The notes: generated by a model not told the origin, from the sequence alone. 64,000 nt of DNA from an uncultured Candidatus Poseidoniales archaeon (GCA_902593945.1 CACJKA010000002.1:80807-144806); one strand, 5' to 3'; shown: positions 1 through 9,819, counted from the stretch's first letter. Made by a program: numbers and translations.

Positions 1-872
1 GGGGTTAAATTCCTTTCACCGAGGTTAAATCGGAATTTTGTAGTTGGAAGTTCCCAGCGCATAGTTGGCATTCGCCAATCTGAATCTGGTTCGAACATGT
101 TCCTAGAAGAGCCAAAACGTAAGTAGGTTAAGGCGCGAAGTATCAATGCAACTCCTAGGGAAGCGATCATCATTACTTGAGGCGATGCTTTTTCTTCACG
201 GAAACCACGATATACTAGGCGATCGATTATTATTCCTGCAATTCCCGTGAGGACAAATGCACCCAAGAGCGTCCAACATAAAACTGACCAAGTGAGAACA
301 CCGTCACGAGGAGCATCATACATCGGAACAAAATAATCGCTCCAAACTAATATCATAGCTAGATACATTCCAATCATGAAGAATTCTGATTGAGCAAAGT
401 TTCCATATCTCTGGACTTTATATGTCAAGGTCAGGCCTATCGCTATAGCAAGATATGTAGATGCCCAAGTTAAGGTTCCTGTCGAAATCGAAATCAAATC
501 TAATGTAATAGTTGCACGTGTTTCCAATCCTTGGAGCAAAGCCTCCAAAGTAACAAAAACTACCATGACAAGAAATATAGGAGATAAGAAAATTAATACA
601 GTCCTTACATTACTTTTTGGAATGTCGTCAAAGAACATTTTAACGACAATAAAACCCGCCGTAATTGATTCTAAGATTTGAAGCAACCAGATTAAATCTG
701 TTGGCAACTTATCTAGCAATACTATGTCTATTAGATGCAAGAAGCCTTTATCATAAGTTAAACCTAATATTAGTGAATCTAAGAATAATATAGAAGTGAT
801 TATCACTCTCTTCTGAGTAGTGGTAAGTGAATTAGAGAATTGATTATAATTTTCACGTATCTGTTGGAGCAT
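1..872 (-). CDS. livH: Branched-chain amino acid ABC transporter permease (LivH family), partial: runs off the left edge
   Basis: Not in the ORF track because it has no stop in the window. Manual translation from ATG 872 gives MLQQIRENYNQ; a downstream segment reads AIAIGLTLTYKVQRYGNFAQSEFFMIGMYLAM, the LivH N-terminal signature. It lies directly downstream of a solute-binding protein gene. Confidence 0.88.
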   Translation of the reverse strand, partial: MLQQIRENYNQFSNSLTTTQKRVIITSILFLDSLILGLTYDKGFLHLIDIVLLDKLPTDLIWLLQILESITAGFIVVKMFFDDIPKSNVRTVLIFLSPIFLVMVVFVTLEALLQGLETRATITLDLISISTGTLTWASTYLAIAIGLTLTYKVQRYGNFAQSEFFMIGMYLAMILVWSDYFVPMYDAPRDGVLTWSVLCWTLLGAFVLTGIAGIIIDRLVYRGFREEKASPQVMMIASLGVALILRALTYLRFGSSRNMFEPDSDWRMPTMRWELPTTKFRFNLGERNLT

Positions 873-909
873 TACCTACACACACACATGAAATATCGAT
901 ATTTATTTT

Positions 910-949
910 AAAAAAAAAGGGCAGTGTGGCGGAAAATCCGCCACACTGC
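910..949 (-). terminator. Perfect 13-bp GC-rich hairpin followed on the minus strand by a T-tract; intrinsic terminator or processing stem between the SBP gene and livH
   Basis: GCAGTGTGGCGGA (921-933) - AAA - TCCGCCACACTGC (937-949). The A-run at 910-918 reads as a U-tract 3' of the stem on the minus strand, about 30 nt after the SBP stop. Confidence 0.8.
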
Positions 950-979
950 TTTACGTATCTTGTTAATCTATTAGATTAT

Positions 980-3900
980 TCAAGACATTCCGTTTGCTGG
1001 ATCCCAGCTGCGGTTGCAGTCAAAGGAAACACCATCAGCATCTTCAGTGAAATCACCAACACAGTATCCTGCGCCAGGTACGTCACCATTTGCCATGAAT
1101 GAAATGTCTCCACTTGCTCCAGCTAGACCTTGTCCTGTAGCCATCATTACTTGGCTCAGTGTTGCACCAGGGGATGCCATCTGTGCGAATGCAGCTAATG
1201 CCACAAGTACGACACCATCGAATGCTTCAGCGGTGTAAATACCGCCTGTGCACTCAGCAGATTGTGCGCAAAGTGCTGCGAAAGCATATCCTACTGCTCC
1301 CATTGAAGATGATGCTGGCTTAGTAGCAATAACTCCGTTAACACTAGATGTTGCTTCTGTTGCAAGTCCTTCTTCAGCAATTCCGTCTCCACCATATACT
1401 TGACCAGACCAGCTTTGTGCATTCATCTCATCAATGATCATTCCACCGTCAGCTGCATATGAAACCAAAACAGCTGAAGTACATCCGTTGTCAACCATTG
1501 ATTGAACAGCAGCAGAGAAATCTGTCATTGTTTCTTCATATCCAATGGTTGTACAAAGTGTGTGTCCCGCAGCTTCGAAATCTGCTGTGAAAGCATCAGC
1601 CAGACCAGATCCGTATGCGTTAGTCATATGTACTAATCCAACTGTTCCGTCAGCAGGTGAATCTGCTTGGACTACTGCACTAAGTGCTTGACCTTGCAGT
1701 GCGTCGCTTGGAACTACACGGAAGAAGTCAGGGTAAGCAGTAGCATCTGACAATGCAGGGCTAGTGCTTGCGTAGGAAACTTGTGGGATTCCAGCTGCTG
1801 ATAGAACAGCATTTGCTGCCATTGAAGCACCAGAGCAAGCTGCTCCAACTACTCCAACTACTCCAGCATCAACTAATGCTTGAGCAGCAGTTGCACCCAT
1901 GTCTCCTGAACATCCTGAGTCAGCGTAAACGATTTCAAATTGAACCATACTGTTGTATCCAATTGTATTAGCGATACCAACTGCAATTTGTGATGCTGCT
2001 ACGAAACCTGCTGCATAAGTTGCAATAGGTCCTGTTGCGTCATTTAGGAAACCAATCTTTACAGTAGCGCCCATGAATGGTGCTGCTTCTAGTCCTCCAG
2101 CTGCAGTCCACATCATATCACAGTTGTAGTAGTCACCGTATGTAGGTACGTGATTGAATGTACAAACATCGTATCCACTTCCTCCAACGTCTCCATTGTC
2201 AAGGAAAGTAAGTGTACCACTTTCTCCCTCATAGCCGTTACCAACCATCTTAAGGTGCATAGCTAAATCATCTCCAGAATCGTGTGTTGCTGCTTCAGCC
2301 ATCATCATTACTGCGTCATATGCTTCCAGTGTATAGATTCCTTCACCACATACATCATCAGCAGCACATGCAGTTCCGAATGAACCAGAACCACCAGATG
2401 CTGCTCTAGGGTATGTTACTTGTACGCCATTTGCTGCTGCTGTGTTTGTATAATCATTTAGAGCACCTTCGCCCGCAATACCATCAGCACCGAATGTTGG
2501 GATCATTGCACCCATTACAGCCATGGTCTCAATGATCATTGCACCATCTGCTGAGTAGGAAGCTAGGACTGCTGAATCACAACCTGAATCGATAACTGCT
2601 TGTACAGCAGCCGCGAAATCGGTAGTTGTCTCTTCATATCCTATAGTTGTGCACATAGTATTACCCATTCCGGTCCAGTATGAATCGAAAGAATCAGCAA
2701 GACCCGCTCCGTATGCATTGGTCATATGAATCAGTGCAGGTGAAGTAACTCCACTTGCAGCAACCATATCTGCCATAGCGCCGCCTTGTATTGCGTCACT
2801 TGGAACTATACGGAAGAAGTCAGGGTAAGCAGTAGCGTCTGACAATGCAGGGCTTGTGCTTGCATAGGAAATCTGTGGAATTCCAGCTGCGCTAAGAACA
2901 CCATTTGCTGCCATTGAAGCACCAGAGCAAGCTGCTCCAACTACTCCAACTACTCCAGCATCAACTAAGCTTTGTGCTGCAGTTGCACCCAAATCTCCAG
3001 AACATCCAGAGTCTGCTTCCACTATCTCGAAAGCAAATCCGTCATGATCTGCACTTGCTTGTGTTGCTGCTGCATTAGCTGCGTATGTGAATGCCGCCGC
3101 ATAAACTGCGATAGGTCCAGTAGCATCATTCAAGAATCCAATCTTGAGGACTGTGTCTTCAACAACAACTACAGGTGGAGTGAATGTTGGGTTTTCATTG
3201 CCCATGTAGTGTGCTGCTAATTCGTCAGCAATTGCATGTGCAAGATCTGCTGAGAATCCAACTACATCACCATCTTCATTCAAGCTCTCGAATGGAGGAT
3301 ATGTTGTATCTGAACAAAGTTTTAATTCTCCTGTTTCTAATACATGTGCTAATCTACTTCCTTCTGTTGCCATTGGGTAAGATGTTGCTGTATCTGCAGT
3401 AGTATCGTCAGTTAAAACAACATTTCCATCGAATGAAGCACCGAAGATTAAGTCATATTCTCCAGAATCAATTACAGCCGTAATTGCTACATTAAGTGCG
3501 TCTAGAAGTAAATCAGATCCTTCTTCTGCAACAGCCATCCCTAATACTTCTTCAGAGAAGGTAACCATTAAGTCGCCTTCAACAGCTAAAACAGGAGAAT
3601 CGCCCATTGCGTAATGTGCATCTCCGTTATTGATTGCTGCAATAACATCAGGCCACATTGGGAATGCTAGGATAGTAGCATCTGGCAGGTTAGCAGGGTC
3701 AGTTCCGTCCCCACTTGCCCACAAATCTGAAGTTGTACCAGCTTGTACTGCTACAACAGTTCCAGCGACGTTAAGATCTAGAGGGTCTGAAATTACTTCA
3801 GCGCCATCTGCACCGATTACTCCGATACTACTTGTGTAGTAGCCACGGGTAAAATCGACCTGTTCTTCTCTTGCGTCAGTTTTGGTCATTGAGGAGAGAA

Positions 3901-4093
3901 GTGCATCGCACATTTCTCCGGCGTTCAGGTTGGAGATGATAGGGTCCCACTCAGATGTTACGAATACTGCACTTATATCGTCAGCAGCCGTTAACTCCCA
4001 GTCTTCTTCTTCATCTCCGCCTAAGCAACCAGCAAACGCTGCTGCTAGCATACTCAGGGTCATCATCATTGCAATTATTTTCTTGTTATTCAT
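980..4093 (-). CDS. Multidomain ABC solute-binding lipoprotein: one family-3 (polar amino acid) domain plus two LivJ/Peripla_BP_6-type domains
   Basis: Signal peptide and lipobox (MNNKK...FAGC). Family-3 motifs YPPFE, GFSADLA and MTKTDAREEQVDF. Two copies of GAACSGAS...IPQ(I/V)SYASTSPALSD...FFR(I/V)VPSD. Start moved from 4180 to ATG 4093, where the signal peptide begins. Confidence 0.9.
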   Translation of the reverse strand: MNNKKIIAMMMTLSMLAAAFAGCLGGDEEEDWELTAADDISAVFVTSEWDPIISNLNAGEMCDALLSSMTKTDAREEQVDFTRGYYTSSIGVIGADGAEVISDPLDLNVAGTVVAVQAGTTSDLWASGDGTDPANLPDATILAFPMWPDVIAAINNGDAHYAMGDSPVLAVEGDLMVTFSEEVLGMAVAEEGSDLLLDALNVAITAVIDSGEYDLIFGASFDGNVVLTDDTTADTATSYPMATEGSRLAHVLETGELKLCSDTTYPPFESLNEDGDVVGFSADLAHAIADELAAHYMGNENPTFTPPVVVVEDTVLKIGFLNDATGPIAVYAAAFTYAANAAATQASADHDGFAFEIVEADSGCSGDLGATAAQSLVDAGVVGVVGAACSGASMAANGVLSAAGIPQISYASTSPALSDATAYPDFFRIVPSDAIQGGAMADMVAASGVTSPALIHMTNAYGAGLADSFDSYWTGMGNTMCTTIGYEETTTDFAAAVQAVIDSGCDSAVLASYSADGAMIIETMAVMGAMIPTFGADGIAGEGALNDYTNTAAANGVQVTYPRAASGGSGSFGTACAADDVCGEGIYTLEAYDAVMMMAEAATHDSGDDLAMHLKMVGNGYEGESGTLTFLDNGDVGGSGYDVCTFNHVPTYGDYYNCDMMWTAAGGLEAAPFMGATVKIGFLNDATGPIATYAAGFVAASQIAVGIANTIGYNSMVQFEIVYADSGCSGDMGATAAQALVDAGVVGVVGAACSGASMAANAVLSAAGIPQVSYASTSPALSDATAYPDFFRVVPSDALQGQALSAVVQADSPADGTVGLVHMTNAYGSGLADAFTADFEAAGHTLCTTIGYEETMTDFSAAVQSMVDNGCTSAVLVSYAADGGMIIDEMNAQSWSGQVYGGDGIAEEGLATEATSSVNGVIATKPASSSMGAVGYAFAALCAQSAECTGGIYTAEAFDGVVLVALAAFAQMASPGATLSQVMMATGQGLAGASGDISFMANGDVPGAGYCVGDFTEDADGVSFDCNRSWDPANGMS
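1810..2968. repeat. Intragenic direct repeat: 1810-1876 identical to 2902-2968 (67 bp), inside more diverged duplicated domains 1092 bp apart
   Basis: Both copies read CATTTGCTGCCATTGAAGCACCAGAGCAAGCTGCTCCAACTACTCCAACTACTCCAGCATCAACTAA. The flanks (about 1700-1810 vs 2792-2902) are also highly similar. Confidence 0.9.
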
Positions 4094-4298
4094 AGGATAC
4101 TCACGTTCCGGTAGGCTCTTCGACAACGTATAACATTTATAGAGTCTCTTGGGAATGTATCTAAATATCATTGTTTGCAATAGTTGGCCATGTAATAAAA
4201 AAAGGGTGCAATATTATTAATTAAAACTATATTCACCTTAAAATCATAAGAAAATAACAGACAGAGTATTTCATGCAGTAGATGCTTCTCGCAAGAGC

Positions 4299-5417
4299 AT
4301 GACTGACGCCCCTATGGATTATGCTTCTTCTGGAGTCGATATAGATGCCGAGGGAGTTGCCGTTGCAAGTTTAGTAGGTGCTCTTTCTTCTTCTGTCAGA
4401 AAAAAGGGAGAATTTGGAGCCCCTGTACCTCTACCCGGAGGATTTGGGGGGATTATTGAATTTGGAGAATACAGACTAGCTTTGGCCACAGATGGCGTGG
4501 GCTCGAAATTAATGATAGCAAATGAATTGCAAAGATATGATGGCGTAGGAATTGATTGTGTAGCAATGAATGTCAATGATCTATTGTGCGTAGGTGCAGA
4601 GCCGATTGCTTTTGTCGATTATATCGCAGTTCCGAAAACTGATGCAGGTACACATGCAATTCTTGGAAAATCTTTGGCGGAAGCCTGTAAGAGAGCAAGG
4701 ATTACTTTAGCAGGTGGGGAAACTGCCACATTACCTGGAATAGTTACTGAATTGGATTTATCTGGTACAGCACTAGGTTGGTTCCCTAAGGGAGAAGCCA
4801 TTACAGGTGAAAAAATACAAGATGGAGACATTATGATTGGTTTACCAAGTAGTGGTATTCATTCTAATGGTTATACACTTGTCAGGGCGATTGTAGAACG
4901 TTCGGGTTGTTCTTTAACAGAAAAATGCCCTTTTGACGCTAATCATGACCATAGAAATATCGAAAGATTTGAAGAAGGAGATATTACTTTAGGAGAAGTA
5001 CTACTTAATCCTACAAAAATATACGTTGAGCCATTAGTAGATTTGATTAAAGATTGTAGAGATGGAATAGGGCCTTGTGAAATCTCTGATATCAAAGCAA
5101 TGGCACACATTACAGGAGGGGGATTATCTAATCTACTCAGATTACACGATGATTTCGGATGGCATATTGAAAATCCTTTACCAATCTTACCAGAATTTAA
5201 TTGGTTGGCTGAACAAGGATCTGTAAGTAATAGAGAAATGCATCGAACCTTCAATATGGGCATGGGGATGACGCTTGTGGTCAGTAGAGATATGGCAATA
5301 TCGGTAGAAAAATGGCTGAGGAAAAGATTGCCAGGGACTAAATGTATAGGCTATGTTCACAATAAAAAGAAAGAAGTAACACATGTGGATGAGGATATTA
5401 CTTTCTCACATTATTGA
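4299..5417 (+). CDS. purM: Phosphoribosylformylglycinamidine cyclo-ligase (AIR synthetase)
   Basis: YASSGVDID, TDGVGSK, AMNVNDLLCVGAEP, GGETA, SSGIHSNG, HITGGG and TFNMG motifs. Confidence 0.97.
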   Translation: MTDAPMDYASSGVDIDAEGVAVASLVGALSSSVRKKGEFGAPVPLPGGFGGIIEFGEYRLALATDGVGSKLMIANELQRYDGVGIDCVAMNVNDLLCVGAEPIAFVDYIAVPKTDAGTHAILGKSLAEACKRARITLAGGETATLPGIVTELDLSGTALGWFPKGEAITGEKIQDGDIMIGLPSSGIHSNGYTLVRAIVERSGCSLTEKCPFDANHDHRNIERFEEGDITLGEVLLNPTKIYVEPLVDLIKDCRDGIGPCEISDIKAMAHITGGGLSNLLRLHDDFGWHIENPLPILPEFNWLAEQGSVSNREMHRTFNMGMGMTLVVSRDMAISVEKWLRKRLPGTKCIGYVHNKKKEVTHVDEDITFSHY

Positions 5418-5444
5418 AAAAATAATTAAATTATGAGGTGATTA

Positions 5445-6746
5445 ATGATGATACACCTTGAAGGGGCCACATTAATTCAGCTGAATAACGAAATTGAAAA
5501 TGACGTAATAGGACCTTCGACAAAAGATTATGAAAAAGTGTTCTATAATCCCGCAATGTCCGGTTCAAGGACTAGAAGTATAATACTAATGAAGCATATT
5601 ATTGGATCAGGGTACTTAGGAAATTCGGAAATATATGCAATCGATGGTTTGGCTGCTAGTGGCCTAAGAGCAAGGAGATGGTTGAATGAACTTCCCCCAG
5701 AACAATCTGAAAGGCTGAAAGTGACTATTTGTGATATGAATGAGAACTCTCTAGAAAGAGCTAGGGAAAATCATCAAAAATACCCCCCGAGTAATGGAGT
5801 AGATAATTTGAGTTATAGACAAGGAGATTTGAGATCAGCAATATTAGACCAAGGTTGGCATTGGGTGGATGTCGATCCATTTGGGTCACCAATGCCGTTT
5901 CTTGATACTGCTATTCAATCACTGGCAAAAAAGGCAATTTTGGAGATTAGTGCTACTGATACTGCCGCTTTAGCTGGTTCTTCAAATACTGCCTTAATGA
6001 GAAGATATGGGGCTAGAATAAATCCAGATAATTTAGCGCATGATTCTGGATTAAGGGTACTCATGGCATGCATAGCTAGGACAGCAGCCAAGCACGATAG
6101 GTTTGCTGAACCAATATTATCTGTATGGGATTCACATCATCTAAGAATTTCTCTAAAGGTCAAGAAATCCGTAGAAATGGCCAATAAATTAGAAAAAAGT
6201 TTGGGATGGAGGGTTGCTAGTCCTAATGAAAAAGAAGTTATTGCTTCAATGAAGGAGGGTTTGACGCCTAAAAGTTCGACCGAATCTTTACCAATGCATT
6301 GTTTTTTGCCACTCTCATATCCAGTCAATAGAGAAGACAAAAGAATCTCTGGCCCGCTTTGGATTGCCCCTCTAGGAGATTCTAAAGTAATGTCCAGTTT
6401 TACAGAAGAAGAAGTAATATCCATGTGTACAACAGAATTTCATCCAAAAAATCCTATGAATTGGGATGAAAGAGATTTCGAATTGGAACGAAGGAAGATT
6501 GTTCGGAGCATAAAAAATATTAGAAATGAATCTGAAATAATTGAAGGTGAATTTCTCATTCTAACTGATGATTTGGCTAGTTGGAGAAATGTAGGTTCCC
6601 CTCCAAGCCCCAATAAAATGGTCGAAATAATAAATGAAAAAGGATTCAAAGCAGGGTTATCTCATTACCCCAAACCATCCTTTAGAACCAATGCTCCATG
6701 GGATGTGATAATTGATTCTCTGGAACAAACTCAACCGCCAATATAA
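5445..6746 (+). CDS. trm1: tRNA (guanine26-N2)-dimethyltransferase Trm1
   Basis: VFYNPAM...R, DGLAASGLRARR, DVDPFGSP and SATD motifs, plus C-terminal FRTNAP. Confidence 0.9.
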   Translation: MMIHLEGATLIQLNNEIENDVIGPSTKDYEKVFYNPAMSGSRTRSIILMKHIIGSGYLGNSEIYAIDGLAASGLRARRWLNELPPEQSERLKVTICDMNENSLERARENHQKYPPSNGVDNLSYRQGDLRSAILDQGWHWVDVDPFGSPMPFLDTAIQSLAKKAILEISATDTAALAGSSNTALMRRYGARINPDNLAHDSGLRVLMACIARTAAKHDRFAEPILSVWDSHHLRISLKVKKSVEMANKLEKSLGWRVASPNEKEVIASMKEGLTPKSSTESLPMHCFLPLSYPVNREDKRISGPLWIAPLGDSKVMSSFTEEEVISMCTTEFHPKNPMNWDERDFELERRKIVRSIKNIRNESEIIEGEFLILTDDLASWRNVGSPPSPNKMVEIINEKGFKAGLSHYPKPSFRTNAPWDVIIDSLEQTQPPI

Positions 6747-7741
6747 GACATCTCAATTCGAGGTAGGGTCTTGGTATCTTCTGAACGTATCTCACTATAG
6801 CGATCTTTTCGATTATGCCAAATCGATGATATGGCTACTCGTAAATCTTCTTTGGTCGCACCATCATCAATCAATGCACGGATATCATGCCCGCCGGAAG
6901 CAAACAAACAGGTAACGAATTTGCCGTCTGCAGAAAGTCGAGCCCTTACACAATCTCCACAAAATGGAGACGTTACAGATGAAATGAATCCTATCTCTCC
7001 TGAACCATCTCTATGCACCCATCTTTCAGCGACATCACTATTCTTCATCCGTTCAATAGGAACTAGATCGAATTCTTTTTGAAGATATTTAAGAATACTC
7101 TCAGAGGGAACTACTTGTGCTAGTTGCCATCCGTTTGTTGTCCCTACATCCATATATTCGATAAAACGAACTTTTACGTCTGTATAACGGAAGTAATTTA
7201 CTAATTTACTAACTTCTTCTTCATTAACACCTTTTTGTACGACACAATTAATTTTCACTGGTGAAAGACCTACTCTGATGGCTTCTTCTATTCCTTCTAA
7301 TACAGATTCTACAGAGATATTACTATCAGACATCTTACTATGAAGTTCGGGATCTAGGGCATCTAAACTAACGGTGATTCGAGTTAATCCCGCGGAACGA
7401 AGAGCCTGTGCTTGCTTTTTCAATAAAGATGCATTTGTCGTTAATGCGATTTCGAGACCAAGATTAGATAGCATCTCAACTAATTTAGGCAGGTCCTTTC
7501 TAAGAAGAGGTTCTCCACCAGTAATTCTAACCTTTTCTAATCCTAAAGGTATGCAGGAACTGGCGACCTTTGCTATTTCTTCAAATGAAAGAAGTGCTTC
7601 TTTAGGGAGGAAATTATGATTATTACGAAAGCGTTCTCTAGGCATACAATACCTACATCGGAAGTTACACCTATCGGTAACAGATATTCGTAAATCTTTC
7701 AGTGGCCTTCCAAATTGGTCTCGAATATCGGAGGGAGGCAC
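6731..7741 (-). CDS. moaA: GTP 3',8-cyclase MoaA (radical SAM)
   Basis: LRISVTDRCNFRCRYCMP, TGGEPLLR, FIEYM, FCGDC..RARL...C and C-terminal MSYIGG. Confidence 0.96.
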   Translation of the reverse strand: MPPSDIRDQFGRPLKDLRISVTDRCNFRCRYCMPRERFRNNHNFLPKEALLSFEEIAKVASSCIPLGLEKVRITGGEPLLRKDLPKLVEMLSNLGLEIALTTNASLLKKQAQALRSAGLTRITVSLDALDPELHSKMSDSNISVESVLEGIEEAIRVGLSPVKINCVVQKGVNEEEVSKLVNYFRYTDVKVRFIEYMDVGTTNGWQLAQVVPSESILKYLQKEFDLVPIERMKNSDVAERWVHRDGSGEIGFISSVTSPFCGDCVRARLSADGKFVTCLFASGGHDIRALIDDGATKEDLRVAISSIWHNRKDRYSEIRSEDTKTLPRIEMSYIGG

Positions 7742-7819
7742 GATACCTCGTACAGAACTAGGGTCAAGAGCATTACCTGTTTAAGGACAGGTTGAATAAA
7801 GAGCACCTTTTGCAACATA

Positions 7820-8389
7820 TTGAGTGGCATGCTGGAGATAACAGAGAAGGCTCAGGAGATGTTGAATCAATATATCTCCCAAGGTGATGACCCAGATATC
7901 GCCGTTCGTATAGAAATTATTGGAAGAGGTGCAAATGGTTTCAATTATGATTTGCAACTTGTTCCATTAAAAGATGCCAAAGAAGGTGATTTGAAGACAG
8001 AATCAAACAACCTTAATATCTTAATTGCAGAAAAGAGTGTACAATACATCAATGGCACCACGTTAGACTACAAAGAAACTCTAATGGGCGGAGGATTCGC
8101 ATTTGATAATCCCAATCCTCTTTGGATAGATGATTTATCACAAAGTGTAGCAGATGTAATTGCAGAACATGTTAATCCTGCCGTGGCATCACATGGAGGG
8201 CATGTAGATTTACTAGGCGTTGATGATGGTAAAGCATACATCGCTTTCGGAGGAGGTTGTCAAGGATGTGGCATGGTGGATGTGACTCTAAAACAAGGAG
8301 TTGAGGTCATGATAACTGATAATGTCCCTGGCATTACTGAAATTATCGATACTACAGATCATGCTGCTGGAACTAATCCATTCTACTGA
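7820..8389 (+). CDS. nfuA: NfuA-type Fe-S cluster carrier (degenerate A-type domain plus NifU-C domain)
   Basis: N-terminal HesB-like domain without Cys, followed by VNPAVASHGG...GGGCQGC...DTTDHAAGTNPFY. Confidence 0.9.
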   Translation: MSGMLEITEKAQEMLNQYISQGDDPDIAVRIEIIGRGANGFNYDLQLVPLKDAKEGDLKTESNNLNILIAEKSVQYINGTTLDYKETLMGGGFAFDNPNPLWIDDLSQSVADVIAEHVNPAVASHGGHVDLLGVDDGKAYIAFGGGCQGCGMVDVTLKQGVEVMITDNVPGITEIIDTTDHAAGTNPFY

Positions 8390-9160
8390 TTAGAATACCA
8401 TCTGCACTTCATCGTCATCGTCTTCGTCACTTGGTGCGGGCAGAGCCGTCTTTTGAGCTCTGTTGAATGCTTCTCTGACGCGTTCTTCGATATTTCTTGC
8501 ATCGTTCAATAATTCTTGAATTGGTATTTCTTTATCTAATAATTCACTTACACCTTCAACTGCAATAAGGGCTGCTCTAGCATCTGGGTACATTGGGTTA
8601 CATTCAGCCAATAAGGCTGTTACATCAAGACCTCGTCTTTCTCCCTCTGCAATAAGATACCCGGCAATTCCTGAAACTATTCCTTGTTGAATTCTACGTA
8701 TTCCTGCATTATCGAGCTGTTCTCTGCCAAATTGATTGGAAGAAACGCCCCATAATTCTCCTTCTTCTTTGATTCCCAATTCATTACTAATTACTCCGTC
8801 AATTACGATTAACCTATCAAATCCGCCTTTGATGAACCACTGTAATACAGTTTCTGCAAAATAAATATCTTTCTCATTAGGGAATTGTATTTCAGAGGTG
8901 AATACTCCGATTCCCTCGCCTTGGTATACTCTAACAGGGTGCTTTGGAACTGAATCGTGTATCAAAGCAATTGCCGGAAAATGTGGATGTAGTACTGTCC
9001 CCATAACATCTAACTCTAGAGATGATATCAAATGAGACGTGGCAATAACGCCTACTGAACCCACTGTTGAGAAACCACATATTGCTGTTCCTCCGAGACG
9101 ACTTGGGTCTGCTTCGGCATGTAAAACCAAAGGAAATCCTGTACTACTATCATCTTCCAT
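8390..9160 (-). CDS. PAC2 family proteasome assembly chaperone-like protein
   Basis: GFSTVGSVGVIA, P.RVY, G.VSGIAGYL and PDARAA motifs, plus an acidic C-terminus. Confidence 0.88.
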   Translation of the reverse strand: MEDDSSTGFPLVLHAEADPSRLGGTAICGFSTVGSVGVIATSHLISSLELDVMGTVLHPHFPAIALIHDSVPKHPVRVYQGEGIGVFTSEIQFPNEKDIYFAETVLQWFIKGGFDRLIVIDGVISNELGIKEEGELWGVSSNQFGREQLDNAGIRRIQQGIVSGIAGYLIAEGERRGLDVTALLAECNPMYPDARAALIAVEGVSELLDKEIPIQELLNDARNIEERVREAFNRAQKTALPAPSDEDDDDEVQMVF

Positions 9161-9264
9161 GTGCCTCGCAATTAGTAAACTATCTTAAATCTCACACTTA
9201 CATAATCACTTTTTGTTAAAAAAATATACTAGGATTTAACTAAATTGACTGTTTCCGATGCACT

Positions 9265-9819
9265 ATGAGTAAAAGTGGAAACTCAGGAATTGGCCGTATT
9301 TATATCAAGATGGGAAGCGATATTATAGATTTGACCGGATCTGCTAAAGAAGTCCAAGATGGTTGGTTAAAAATAAAAGAAGAAGAATCATGGGAAGGAA
9401 AACTTTCAGCCATCAAGAAGGCAAGGGATTCAGCGGTACAAATTGCTGCACAAAGAGCGGTTCAAAGTGGAATTCCGGAAAGGGGTTCCGCTTTCAGAAG
9501 AGTTCTAGATTCTTGTGAAATAGAAAAGACGAGCGATGTAATACTCGCTGCAATACACTACCTAAGATTCGTTGAAAAGGAAACAAATACTCCTCCTCGT
9601 GAGTTAAAAAATCTGGTTTCCCAATCACAAAAATGGAATGAGGAAGAAGTTGAAAAATGGAATCTTTCACTCTACATTAATCGAATGTTAGAAGGAGGTG
9701 TTTCTGGTAAGAAACAAGAGCCTTTTTTGGAATATCCAACAGGCATGCCAAAGAAAAATAGGTATGTGGTCCTTACAGATGCTGGCCGTAATTATCTGGA
9801 GAGTCTGACACGTGTCTAA
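9265..9819 (+). CDS. Hypothetical protein, possible C-terminal winged helix
   Basis: 184-aa ORF with TTTAAC 24 nt upstream. YVVLTDAGRNYL resembles the wing end of a wHTH. Confidence 0.7.
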   Translation: MSKSGNSGIGRIYIKMGSDIIDLTGSAKEVQDGWLKIKEEESWEGKLSAIKKARDSAVQIAAQRAVQSGIPERGSAFRRVLDSCEIEKTSDVILAAIHYLRFVEKETNTPPRELKNLVSQSQKWNEEEVEKWNLSLYINRMLEGGVSGKKQEPFLEYPTGMPKKNRYVVLTDAGRNYLESLTRV

